Origin: the human T2T-CHM13v2.0 reference genome, Homo sapiens
Direction of reading: 5' to 3'
DNA length: 64,000 nt
NCBI GenBank assembly: GCA_009914755.4
Contig: CP086569.2
Coordinates: forward strand, 29,248,001-29,312,000
The notes under the pieces were generated by a model that saw nothing but the letters and a program-made list of their open reading frames with translations, had not been told where the DNA came from and searched no databases. This document shows positions 42,580 through 56,759 of this stretch, piece after piece. Numbering within the stretch: position 1 is the first letter of the stretch; every line of letters starts with the position of its first letter. A program made the position numbers and the translations under genes.

Positions 42580-45500
42580 TAATGAAACGGAAAGGAAAGG
42601 AATGGAATGGAATGGAATGGTCTGGAATGGAAAGGAATCGAAACGAATGGAATGGAATCGAACTGAAGAGACTGGAATGGAATGCACTGGAATGGAAGGG
42701 AGTGTAATGGAAGGTTCTCGAAAAAAATGGAATCGAATGGAATGGAATTGAATGGAACGGAATAGAGTCGAATGGAATTGAATGGAATAGAATGGACTAG
42801 AGTGAAATGGAATCGAACCACAAGGAATGGACAGGAATAGAATGGTCTCGAATTGAATGGAATCGTATGGAATGGCATCAAACGGAATGGAATGGACAGC
42901 CACGGAATGGAATGCACTCGAATGCAATGGAGTCGAAACTAATGGACTGGAATAGAATGGACTCGACTGGTACGGACTCCAATGGAATGGAATCGAATGG
43001 AAGGGAATCGAACGGAATGGACTCGAAGGGAAAAGACTGCAATGGAAAGGTCTCGAATGGAATGGAAATTAATGGAATGGAATGGAATCGAATGAAATGG
43101 AGTCAAAAGGAATGGAATCGAATGGCAAGAAATCGAATGTAATGGAATCGCAAGGAATTGATGTGAACGGAACGGAATGGAATGGAATCCAAAGGAATGG
43201 AATAGAATGGAATGGAATCGAATGGAAAGGACTCGAATGGAAATCACTCGAATAGAATGCAATTTAATAAAATAGGATCAAATGTAATGGAATGGAATGG
43301 AAAGGAATCGAAACGAAAGGAATGGAGACAGATGGAATGGAATGGAACAGAGAGCAATGGTATAGAATGGAATGGAATCATCTGGAATGGAATTGAATGG
43401 AATGGAATAATATGAAATGGAATGGAATGGAATGGAATGGAATGCCCTTGAATTAAATGGACTGGAATGGAATGGACTCGAACAGAGTGGAATGGAAAGT
43501 GTTGAGATAGAATGGAATGGACTCCTTTGGAATGGTGTAGTATGCAATGCAATCGACTGGCAGGGAATCAAAAGGAATGTAATGGAATGGATTGGACTGG
43601 AATGCAATGGACTCGAATAGATTGGAAACGGAATGCAAAGGAATGGAATGGAATAGTATGGAATGGAATGGAAAGGAATGGAGTGGAATAGACTAGAGTG
43701 GAATGGAATGGACTGGAAAGCAATGGACTGGAATGGAACTTTCTTGAATGGACTGGAATCAAACGGAATGGAATGCAATGCAATCAATGGCATGGAATAA
43801 AATAGAATGAAAGAGAATCAAATGGAATTGAATCGAATGGATTGGAAAGGAATAGAATGGAATGGAATGGAATTGACTCAAATGGAATGGACTAGAATGG
43901 AATGGATTCGAATGGAAGGCAAAGGAATGGAATCTATTGGAATGGACTGTAATGGAATGGAATGGAAGGGATTGGAATGGACTCGAATGGAATGGACTGC
44001 AATAGAAAGGATTCGAATGGAATGAAAAAGAATTGAATGGAATAGAACAGAATGGAATCAAATCGAATGAAATGGAATGGAATAGAAAGGAATGGAATGA
44101 AATGGAATGGAAAGGATTCGAATGGAATGCAATCGAATGGAATGGAATCGAACGGAATGGAATAAAATGGAAGAAAACTGGCAAGAAATGGAATCGAAAT
44201 GAATGGAGTGTTATGGAACGGACTCAAAAGGAATTGAATGTAATAGAATGGAGTGGAGTGGACTCGAATATAATGGACTGGAATGGAATGAAATCACATG
44301 GAATGGGAACGAATGGAATGGAATGGAAAGGAATGGAATCGAATGGAAAGGAATCGAATGGAAGGGAATGAAATTGAATCAACAGGAATGGAAGGGAATA
44401 GAATAGACGGTAATGGAATGGACTCGAATAGAATGGACACGAATGCTCAAATTGAATGGACTCGAATGGAATGGAAACGAAAGGAATGTCATCGAATGGA
44501 ATTGAATCGATTGGAATGAAATCGCATAGAATGGAGTGGAATCAAATGGAATTGAATCGAAAGGAAAGGAAGCGAATGGACTGAAATGAAATGGAATGGA
44601 ATTGAATGGAAAGTAATGCAATGGAATAGAATGGAACGAAATTTCACGGAATGGAATCAAACTGAATGGAATCAAATCAATGGAATATAATCAAATGGAA
44701 TGGAAAGGAATTGAATGGAGTAGATTGGATTGGATGGGATTGGAATGAAATGTACTGGAAAGGACTCGAATTTCATGAAACGGAATGGAATGAATTGGAA
44801 CGGAATGGACTCGAATGGAATGGAATGTCATGGAATGGCATCAAATGGAATGGCATCAAATGGAATGGAATCGAATGCAATGGAATGCTATGGAATGGAA
44901 TGGAATGCATTGGAATGGAATGTCCTCTAATGGAATGGATTCGAGTGGAATGCAATCGAATATAATAGAGTCGAATGAAATAGAATTGAAAGGAATGGGA
45001 TCGAATACAATGGAATATACTGGAATGTAACGTAATGAACTCGAATGTAATTGACTGGAATGGAATGTACATGAATGGAATGTAATCGAATGGAAAGTAA
45101 TCCAATGGAATAGAATCTAATGCAATAAAATCGACTCAGATAGAGTAGAATGGAATGGAATGGAGTGCAGTGCAATGGAATGGAATGGAATGGAATGCAA
45201 TGGAATGGAATGGAATGGGATGGAATGGTATGGAATGGATAGTAATGGACTGGAGTGAAATGGACTGGAAAGGAATGGACTCAAATTGAAAGGGCTCGAA
45301 AGGAATGGAGTCAAATGGAATGGTCTGGAATGGAATGAACACGAATGTAATGCAATCCAATAGAATGGAATCGAATGGCATGGAATATAAAGAAATGGAA
45401 TCGAAGAGAATGGAAACAAATGGAATGGAATTGAATGGAATGGAATTGAATGGAATGGGAACGAATGGAGTGAAATTGTATGCAGTAGAAGGGAATAGAA

Positions 45501-46107
45501 TGGAATGCAAGCGAAAGGAAAGGAATGGATTGGAATGGAATGGAATTCATTGGAATGGAAGGGAATGTAGTGTAATGGACAGGCCTGGAATAAAGTGTAA
45601 TGCTACGGTCTCGAATGGAATAAACATGTATGGAATGGAATGCAATGAAACGGAATCGAATGTCATAGAATGTAATGGAATGCAACAAAATGGAATCCAA
45701 AATCATTGACTGGAAAGGCTGGGTGTCGAAAGGAATTGACTCCAATGGAATGGAATCGAATGGAATGGAAGTGAATAGAATCGAACTAAATCGAATGGAA
45801 TGGAATTGATAGGAACGGAATGGAAAGGAATGCAATGATTTGGCATGGAATGGAATCGAATGGCATCGAATGGAATGGAATGGAATGCAATGGAATGGAA
45901 TGTATTAGAATGTAATGAACTTTAATGGAATGTACTCGAATGGATTCGACTGGAATGGAATGTTCTGGAAGTGAATGGACTCCAATGGAATGGATTCAAA
46001 AGGAATGGAATCGTACGGAATGGAATCTAATGGAATGGAATTAAATGGAAATGAATCAAATTGAATAGCACGGAATTGAATTGAATGGAATGGAATGCAA
46101 TGGAATC
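42580..46107 (+). repeat. HOR copy 13 (3528 bp); 10-bp deletion near 43835 and a 1-bp deletion at about 43785
   Basis: Landmark at 42580 and 46108. Confidence 0.85.
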
Positions 46108-49100
46108 TAATGAAACGGAAAGGAATGGAATGGAATGGAATGGAATGGAATGGAATGGAATGGGCTGGAATGGAAAGGAATCGGAACGAATGGAATGGAA
46201 TCGAACTGAAGAGACTGGAATGGAATGCACTGGAATGGAAGGGAGTGTAATGGAAGGTTCTCGAAAAAAATGGAATCGAATGGAATGGAATTGAATGGAA
46301 CGGAATAGAGTCGAATGGAATTGAATGGAATGGAATGGACTGGAGTGAAATGGTATCGAACCACAAGGAATGGACAGGAATAGAATGGTCTCGAATTGAA
46401 TGGAATCGTATGGAATGGCATCAAACGGAATGGAATGGACAGCCACGGAATGGAATGCACTCGAATGCAATGGAGTCGAAACTAATGGACTGGAATAGAA
46501 TGGACTCGACTGGTACGGACTCCAATGGAATGGAATCGAATGGAAGGGAATCGAACGGAATGGACTCGAAGGGAAAAGACTGCAATGGAAAGGTCTCGAA
46601 TGGAATGGAAATTAATGGAATGGAATGGAATCGAATGAAATGGAGTCAAAAGGAATGGAATCGAATGGCAAGAAATCGAATGTAATGGAATCGCAAGGAA
46701 TTGATGTGAACGGAACGGAATGGAATGGAATCCAAAGGAATGGAATAGAATGGAATGGAATCGAATGGAAAGGACTCGAATGGAAATCACTCGAATAGAA
46801 TGCAATTTAATAAAATAGGATCAAATGGAATGGAATGGAATGGAAAGGAATCGAAACGAAAGGAATGGAGACAGATGGAATGGAATGGAACAGAGAGCAA
46901 TGGTATAGAATGGAATGGAATCATCTGGAATGGAATTGAATGGAATGGAATAATATGAAATGGAATGGAATGGAATGGAATGGAATGCCCTTGAATTAAA
47001 TGGACTGGAATGGAATGGACTCGAACAGAGTGGAATGGAAAGTGTTGAGATAGAATGGAATGGACTCCTTTGGAATGGTGTAGTATGCAATGCAATCGAC
47101 TGGCAGGGAATTAAAAGGAATGTAATCGAATGGATTGGACTGGAATGCAATGGACTCGAATAGATTGCAAACGGAATGCAAAGGAATGGAATGGAATAGT
47201 ATGGAATGGAATGGAAAGGAATGGAGTGGAATAGACTAGAGTGGAATGGAATGGACTGGAAAGCAATGGACTGGAATGGAACTTTCTTGAATGGACTGGA
47301 ATCAAGCGGAATGGAATGCAATGCAATCAAATGGCATGGAATAAAATAGAATGAAAGAGAATCAAATGGAATTGAATCGAATGGAATCGAATGGATTGGA
47401 AAGGAATAGAATGGAATGGAATGGAATGGACTAGAATGGAATGGATTCGAATGGAAGGCAAAGGAATGGAATCTATTGGAATGGACTGTAATGGAATGGA
47501 ATGGAAGGGATTGGAATGGACTCGAATGGAATGGACTGCAATAGAAAGGATTCGAATGGAATGAAAAAGAATTGAATGGAATAGAACAGAATGGAATCAA
47601 ATCGAATGAAATGGAATGGAATAGAAAGGAATGGAATGAAATGGAATGGAAAGGATTCGAATGGAATGCAATCGAATGGAATGGAATCGAACGGAATGGA
47701 ATAAAATGGAAGAAAACTGGCAAGAAATGGAATCGAAATGAATGGAGTGTTATGGAACAGACTCAAAAGGAATTGAATGTAATAGAATGGAGTGGAGTGG
47801 ACTCGAATATAATGGACTGGAATGGAATGAAATCACATGGAATGGGAACGAATGGAATGGAATGGAAAGGAATGGAATCGAATGGAAAGGAATCGAATGG
47901 AAGGGAATGAAATTGAATCAACAGGAATGGAAGGGAATAGAATAGACGGTAATGGAATGGACTCGAATAGAATGGACACGAATGCTCAAATTGAATGGAC
48001 TCGAATGGAATGGAAACGAAAGGAATGTCATCGAATGGAATTGAATCGATTGGAATGAAATCGCATAGAATGGAGTGGAATCAAATGGAATTGAATCGAA
48101 AGGAAAGGAAGCGAATGGACTGAAATGAAATGGAATGGAATTGAATGGAAAGTAATGCAATGGAAGAGAATGGAACGAAATTTCACGGAATGGAATCAAA
48201 CTGAATGGAATCAAATCAATGGAATATAATCAAATGGAATGGAAAGGAATTGAATGGAGTAGATTGGATTGGATGGGATTGGAATGAAATGTACTGGAAA
48301 GGACTCGAATTTCATGAAACGGAATGGAATGAATTGGAACGGAATGGACTCGAATGGAATGGAATGTCATGGAATGGCATCAAATGGAATGGCATCAAAT
48401 GGAATGGAATCGAATGCAATGGAATGCTATGGAATGGAATGGAATGCATTGGAATGGAATGTCCTCTAATGGAATGGATTCGAGTGGAATGGAATCGAAT
48501 ATAATGGAGTCGAATGAAATGGAATTGAAAGGAATGGGATCGAATACAATGGAATATACTGGAATGTAATGTAATGAACTCGAATGTAATTGACTGGAAT
48601 GGAATGTACATGAATGGAATGTAATCGAATGGAAAGTAATCCAATGGAATAGAATCTAATGCAATAAAATCGACTCAGATAGAGTAGAATGTAATGGAAT
48701 GGAGTGCAGTGCAATGGAATGGAATGGAATGGAATGCAATGGAATGGAATGGAATGGAATGGAATGGAATGGAATGGGATGGAATGGTATGGAGTGGATA
48801 GTAATGGACTGGAGTGAAATGGACTGGAAAGGAATGGACTCAAATTGAAAGGGCTCGAAAGGAATGGAGTCAAATGGAATGGTCTGGAATGGAATGAACA
48901 CGAAAGTAATGCAAACCAATAGAATGGAATCGAATGGCATGGAATATAAAGAAATGGAATCGAAGAGAATGGAAACAAATGGAATGGAATTGAATGGAAT
49001 GGAATTGAATGGAATGGGAACGAGTGGAGTGAAATTGTATGCAGTAGAAGGGAATAGAATGGAATGCAAGCGAAAGGAAAGGAATGGATTGGAATGGAAT

Positions 49101-49651
49101 GGAATTCATTGGAATGGAAGGGAATGTAGTGTAATGGACAGGCCTGGAATAAAGTGGAATGCTACGGTCTCGAATGGAATAAAAATGTATGGAATGGAAT
49201 GCAATGAAACGGAATCGAATGTCATAGAATGTAATGGAATGCAAAAAAATGGAATCCAAAATCATTGACTGGAAAGGCTGGGTGTCGAAAGGAATTGACT
49301 CCAATGGAATGGAATCGAATGGAATGGAAGTGAATAGAATCGAACTAAATCGAATGGAATGGAATTGATAGGAACGGAATGGAAAGGAATGCAATGATTT
49401 GGCATGGAATGGAATCGAATGGCATCGAATGGAATGGAATGGAATGCAATGGAATGGAATGTATTAGAATGTAATGAACTTTAATGGAATGTACTCGAAT
49501 GGATTCGACTGGAATGGAATGTTCTGGAAGTGAATGGACTCCAATGGAATGGATTCAAAAGGAATGGAATCGTACGGAATGGAATCTAATGGAAATGAAT
49601 CAAATTGAATAGCACGGAATTGAATTGAATGGAATGGAATGCAATGGAATC
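46108..49651 (+). repeat. HOR copy 14 (3544 bp); 15-bp deletion near 47425 and another 15-bp deletion near 49585
   Basis: Landmark at 46108 and 49652. Confidence 0.85.
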
Positions 49652-52600
49652 TAATGAAACGGAAAGGAAAGGAATGGAATGGAATGGAATGGGCTGGAAT
49701 GGAAAGGAATCGAAACGAATGGAATGGAATCGAACTGAAGAGACTGGAATGGAATGCACTGGAATGGAAGGGAGTGTAATGGAAGGTTCTCGACAAAAAT
49801 GGAATCGAATGGAATGGAATTGAATGGAACGGAATAGAGTCGAATTGAATTGAATGGAATGGAATGGACTAGAGTGAAATGGAATCGAACCACAAGGAAT
49901 GGACAGGAATAGAATGGTCTCGAATTGAATGGAATCGTATGGAATGGCATCAAACGGAATGGAATGGACAGCCACGGAATGGAATGCACTCGAATGCAAT
50001 GGAGTCGAAACTAATGGACTGGAATAGAATGGACTCGACTGGTACGGACTCCAATGGAATGGAATCGAATGGAAGGGAATCGAACGGAATGGACTCGAAG
50101 GGAAAAGACTGCAATGGAAAGGTCTCGAATGGAATGGAAATTAATGGAATGGAATGGAATCGAATGAAATGGAGTCAAAAGGAATGGAATCGAATGGCAA
50201 GAAATCGAATGTAATGGAATCGCAAGGAATTGATGTGAACGGAACGGAATGGAATGGAATCCAAAGGAATGGAATAGAATGGAATGGAATCGAATGGAAA
50301 GGACTCGAATGGAAATCACTCGAATAGAATGCAATTTAATAAAATAGGATCAAATGTAATGGAATGGAATGGAAAGGAATCGAAACGAAAGGAATGGAGA
50401 CAGATGGAATGGAATGGAACAGAGAGCAATGGTATAGAATGGAATGGAATCATCTGGAATGGAATTGAATGGAATGGAATAATATGAAATGGAATGGAAT
50501 GGAATGGAATGGAATGCCCTTGAATTAAATGGACTGGAATGGAATGGACTCGAACAGAGTGGAATGGAAAGTGTTGAGATAGAATGGAATGGACTCCTTT
50601 GGAATGGTCTAGTATGCAATGCAATGGACTGGCAGGGAATCAAAAGGAATGTAATCGAATGGAATGGACTGGAATGCAATGGACTCGAATAGATTGCAAA
50701 CGGAATGCAAAGGAATGGAATGGAATAGTATGGAATGGAATGGAAAGGAATGGAGTGGAATAGACTAGAGTGGAATGGAATGGACTGGAAAGCAATGGAC
50801 TGGAATGGAACTTTCTTGAATGGACTGGAATCAAGCGGAATGGAATGCAATGCAATCAAATGGCATGGAATAAAATAGAATGAAAGAGAATCAAATGGAA
50901 TTGAATCGAATGGAATCGAATGGATTGGAAAGGAATAGAATGGAATGGAATGGAATTGACTCAAATGGAATGGACTAGAATGGAATGGATTCGAATGGAA
51001 GGCAAAGGAATGGAATCTATTGGAATGGACTGTAATGGAATGGAAAGGAAGAGATTGGAATGGACTCGAATGGAATGGACTGCAATAGAAAGGATTCGAA
51101 TGGAATGAAAAAGAATTGAATGGAATAGAACAGAATGGAATCAAATCGAATGAAATGGAATGGAATAGAAAGGAATGGAATGAAATGGAATGGAAAGGAT
51201 TCGAATGGAATGCAATCGAATGGAATGGAATCGAACGGAATGGAATAAAATGGAAGAAAACTGGCAAGAAATGGAATCGAAATGAATGGAGTGTTATGGA
51301 ACGGACTCAAAAGGAATTGAATGTAATAGAATGGAGTGGAGTGGACTCGAATATAATGGACTGGAATGGAATGAAATCACATGGAATGGGAACGAATGGA
51401 ATGGAATGGAAAGGAATGGAATCGAATGGAAAGGAATCGAATGGAAGGGAATGAAATTGAATCAACAGGAATGGAAGGGAATAGAATAGACGGTAATGGA
51501 ATGGACTCGAATAGAATGGACACGAATGCTCAAATTGAATGGACTCGAATGGAATGGAAACGAAAGGAATGTCATCGAATGGAATTGAATCGATTGGAAT
51601 GAAATCGCATAGAATGGAGTGGAATCAAATGGAATTGAATCGAAAGGAAAGGAAGCGAATGGACTGAAATGAAATGGAATGGAATTGAATGGAAAGTAAT
51701 GCAATGGAATAGAATCGAACGAAGTTTCACGGAATGGAATCAAACTGAATGGAATCAAATCAATGGAATCTAATCAAATGGAATGGAAAGGAATTGAATG
51801 GAGTAGATTGGATTGGATGGGATTGGAATGAAATGTACTGGAAAGAACTCGAATTTCATGAAACGGAATGGAATGAATTGGAACGGAATGGACTCGAATG
51901 GAATGGAATGTCATGGAATGGCATCAAATGGAATGGCATCAAATGGAATGGAATCGAATGCAATGGAATGCTATGGAATGGAATGGAATGCATTGGAATG
52001 GAATGTCCTCTAATGGAATGGATTCGAGTGGAATGGAATCGAATATAATGGAGTCGAATGAAATGGAATTGAAAGGAATGGGATCGAATACAATGGAATA
52101 TACTGGAATGTAATGTAATGAACTCGAATGTAATTGACTGGAATGGAATGTACATGAATGGAATGTAATCGAATGGAAAGTAATCCAATGGAATAGAATC
52201 TAATGCAATAAAATCGACTCAGATAGAGTAGAATGTAATGGAATGGAGTGCAGTGCAATGGAATGGAATGGAATGGAATGCAATGGAATGGAATGGAATG
52301 GAATGGAATGGAATGGGATGGAATGGTATGGAATGGATAGTAATGGACTGGAGTGAAATGGACTGGAAAGGAATGGACTCAAATTGAAAGGGCTCGAAAG
52401 GAATGGAGTCAAATGGAATGGTCTGGAATGGAATGAACACGAAAGTAATGCAATCCAATAGAATGGAATCGAATGGCATGGAATATAAAGAAATGGAATC
52501 GAAGAGAATGGAAACAAATGGAATGGAATTGAATGGAATGGAATTGAATGGAATGGGAACGAATGGAGTGAAATTGTATGCAGTAGAAGGGAATAGAATG

Positions 52601-53205
52601 GAATGCAAGCGAAAGGAAAGGAATGGATTGGAATGGAATGGAATTCATTGGAATGGAAGGGAATGTAGTGTAATGGACAGGCCTGGAATAAAGTGGAATG
52701 CTACGGTCTCGAATGGAATAAAAATGTATGGAATGGAATGCAATGAAACGGAATCGAATGTCATAGAATGTAATGGAATGCAAAAAAATGGAATCCAAAA
52801 TCATTGACTGGAAAGGCTGGGTGTCGAAAGGAATTGACTCCAATGGAATGGAATCGAATGGAATGGAAGTGAATAGAATCGAACTAAATCGAATGGAATG
52901 GAATTGATAGGAACGGAATGGAAAGGAATGCAATGATTTGGCATGGAATGGAATCGAATGGCATCGAATGGAATGGAATGGAATGCAATGGAATGGAATG
53001 TATTAGAATGTAATGAACTTTAATGGAATGTACTCGAATGGATTCGACTGGAATGGAATGTTCTGGAAGTGAATGGGCTCCAATGGAATGGATTCAAAAG
53101 GAATGGAATCGTACGGAATGGAATCTAATGGAATGGAATTAAATGGAAATGAATCAAATTGAATAGCACGGAATTGAATTGAATCGAATCGAATGCAATG
53201 GAATC
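49652..53205 (+). repeat. HOR copy 15 (3554 bp)
   Basis: Landmark at 49652 and 53206. Confidence 0.85.
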
Positions 53206-56200
53206 TAATGAAACGGAAAGGAATGGAGTGGAATGGAATGGAATGGAATGGGCTGGAATGGAAAGGAATCGAAACGAATGGAATGGAATCGAACTGAAGA
53301 GACTGGAATGGAATACACTGGAATGGAAGGGAGTGTAATGGAAGGTTCTCGAAAAAAATGGAATCGAATGGAATGGAATTGAATGGAACGGAATAGAGTC
53401 GAATGGAATTGAATGGAATGGAATGGACTAGAGTGAAATGGAATCGAACCACAAGGAATGGACAGGAATAGAATGGTCTCGAATTGAATGGAATCATATG
53501 GAATGGCATCAAACGGAATGGAATGGACAGCCACGGAATGGAATGCACTCGAATGCAATGGAGTCGAAACTAATGGACTGGAATAGAATGGACTCGACTG
53601 GTACGGACTCCAATGGAATGGAATCGAATGGAAGGGAATCGAACGGAATGGACTCGAAGGGAAAAGACTGCAATGGAAAGGTCTCGAATGGAATGGAAAT
53701 TAATGGAATGGAATGGAATCGAATGAAATGGAGTCAAAAGGAATGGAATCGAATGGCAAGAAATCGAATGTAATGGAATCGCAAGGAATTGATGTGAACG
53801 GAACGGAATGGAATGGAATCCAAAGGAATGGAATAGAATGGAATGGAATCGAATGGAAAGGACTCGAATGGAAATCACTCGAATAGAATGCAATTTAATA
53901 AAATAGGATCAAATGTAATGGAATGGAATGGAAAGGAATCGAAACGAAAGGAATGGAGACAGATGGAATGGAATGGAACAGAGAGCAATGGTATAGAATG
54001 GAATGGAATCATCTGGAATGGAATTGAATGGAATGGAATAATATGAAATGGAATGGAATGGAATGGAATGCCCTTGAATTAAATGGACTGGAATGGAATG
54101 GACTCGAACAGAGTGGAATGGAAAGTGTTGAGATAGAATGGAATGGACTCCTTTGGAATGGTCTAGTATGCAATGCAATCGACTGGCAGGGAATCAAAAG
54201 GAATGTAATCGAATGGATTGGACTGTAATGCAATGGACTCGAATAGATTGGAAACGGAATGCAAAGGAATGGAATGGAATAGTATGGAATGGAATGGAAA
54301 GGAATGGAGTGGAATAGACTAGAGTGGAATGGAATGGACTGGAAAGCAATGGACTGGAATGGAACATTCTTGAATGGACTGGAATCAAACGGAATGGAAT
54401 GCAATGCAATCAAATGGCATGGAATAAAATAGAATGAAAGAGAATCAAATGGAATTGAATCGAATGGAATCGAATGGATTGGAAAGGAATAGAATGGAAT
54501 GGAATGGAATTGACTCAAATGGAATGGACTAGAATGGAATGGATTCGAATGGAAGGCAAAGGAATGGAATCTATTGGAATGGACTGTAATGGAATGGAAT
54601 GGAAGGGATTGGAATGGACTCGAATGGAATGGACTGCAATAGAAAGGATTCGAATGGAATGAAAAAGAATTGAATGGAATAGAACAGAATGGAATCAAAT
54701 CGAATGAAATGGAATGGAATAGAAAGGAATGGAATGAAATGGAATGGAAAGGATTCGAATGGAATGCAATCGAATGGAATGGAATCGAACGGAATGGAAT
54801 AAAATGGAAGAAAACTGGCAAGAAATGGAATCGAAATGAATGGAGTGTTATGGAACGGACTCAAAAGGAATTGAATGTAATAGAATGGAGTGGAGTGGAC
54901 TCGAATATAATGGACTGGAATGGAATAAAATCACATGGAATGGGAACGAATGGAATGGAATGGAAAGGAATGGAATCGAATGGAAAGGAATCGAATGGAA
55001 GGGAATGAAATTGAATCAACAGGAATGGAAGGGAATAGAATAGACGGTAATGGAATGGACTCGAATAGAATGGACACGAATGCTCAAATTGAATGGACTC
55101 GAATGGAATGGAAACGAAAGGAATGTCATCGAATGGAATTGAATCGATTGGAATGAAATCGCATAGAATGGAGTGGAATCAAATGGAATTGAATCGAAAG
55201 GAAAGGAAGCGAATGGACTGAAATGAAATGGAATGGAATTGAATGGAAAGTAATGCAATGGAATAGAATCGAACGAAGTTTCACGGAATGGAATCAAACT
55301 GAATGGAATCAAATCAATGGAATCTAATCAAATGGAATGGAAAGGAATTGAATGGAGTAGATTGGATTGGATGGGATTGGAATGAAATGTACTGGAAAGA
55401 ACTCGAATTTCATGAAACGGAATGGAATGAATTGGAACGGAATGGACTCGAATGGAATGGAATGTCATGGAATGGCATCAAATGGAATGGCATCAAATGG
55501 AATGGAATCGAATGCAATGGAATGCTATGGAATGGAATGGAATGCATTGGAATGGAATGTCCTCTAATGGAATGGATTCGAGTGGAATGGAATCGAATAT
55601 AATGGAGTCGAATGAAATGGAATTGAAAGGAATGGGATCGAATACAATGGAATATACTGGAATGTAATGTAATGAACTCGAATGTAATTGACTGGAATGG
55701 AATGTACATGAATGGAATGTAATCGAATGGAAAGTAATCCAATGGAATAGAATCTAATGCAATAAAATCGACTCAGATAGAGTAGAATGTAATGGAATGG
55801 AGTGCAGTGCAATGGAATGGAATGGAATGGAATGCAATGGAATGGAATGGAATGGAATGGAATGGAATGGGATGGAATGGTATGGAATGGATAGTAATGG
55901 ACTGGAGTGAAATGGACTGGAAAGGAATGGACTCAAATTGAAAGGGCTCGAAAGGAATGGAGTCAAATGGAATGGTCTGGAATGGAATGAACACGAAAGT
56001 AATGCAATCCAATAGAATGGAATCGAATGGCATGGAATATAAAGAAATGGAATCGAAGAGAATGGAAACAAATGGAATGGAATTGAATGGAATGGAATTG
56101 AATGGAATGGGAACGAATGGAGTGAAATTGTATGCAGTAGAAGGGAATAGAATGGAATGCAAGCGAAAGGAAAGGAATGGATTGGAATGGAATGGAATTC

Positions 56201-56759
56201 ATTGGAATGGAAGGGAATGTAGTGTAATGGACAGGCCTGGAATAAAGTGGAATGCTACGGTCTCGAATGGAATAAAAATGTATGGAATGGAATGCAATGA
56301 AACGGAATCGAATGTCATAGAATGTAATGGAATGCAAAAAAATGGAATCCAAAATCATTGACTGGAAAGGCTGGGTGTCGAAAGGAATTGACTCCAATGG
56401 AATGGAATCGAATGGAATGGAAGTGAATAGAATCGAACTAAATCGAATGGAATGGAATTGATAGGAACGGAATGGAAAGGAATGCAATGATTTGGCATGG
56501 AATGGAATCGAATGGCATCGAATGGAATGGAATGGAATGCAATGGAATGGAATGTATTAGAATGTAATGAACTTTAATGGAATGTACTCGAATGGATTCG
56601 ACTGGAATGGAATGTTCTGGAAGTGAATGGGCTCCAATGGAATGGATTCAAAAGGAATGGAATCGTACGGAATGGAATCTAATGGAATGGAATTAAATGG
56701 AAATGAATCAAATTGAATAGCACGGAATTGAATTGAATCGAATCGAATGCAATGGAATC
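53206..56759 (+). repeat. HOR copy 16 (3554 bp)
   Basis: Landmark at 53206 and 56760. Near-identical to copy 17 in its first half and to copy 15 in its second half. Confidence 0.85.
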
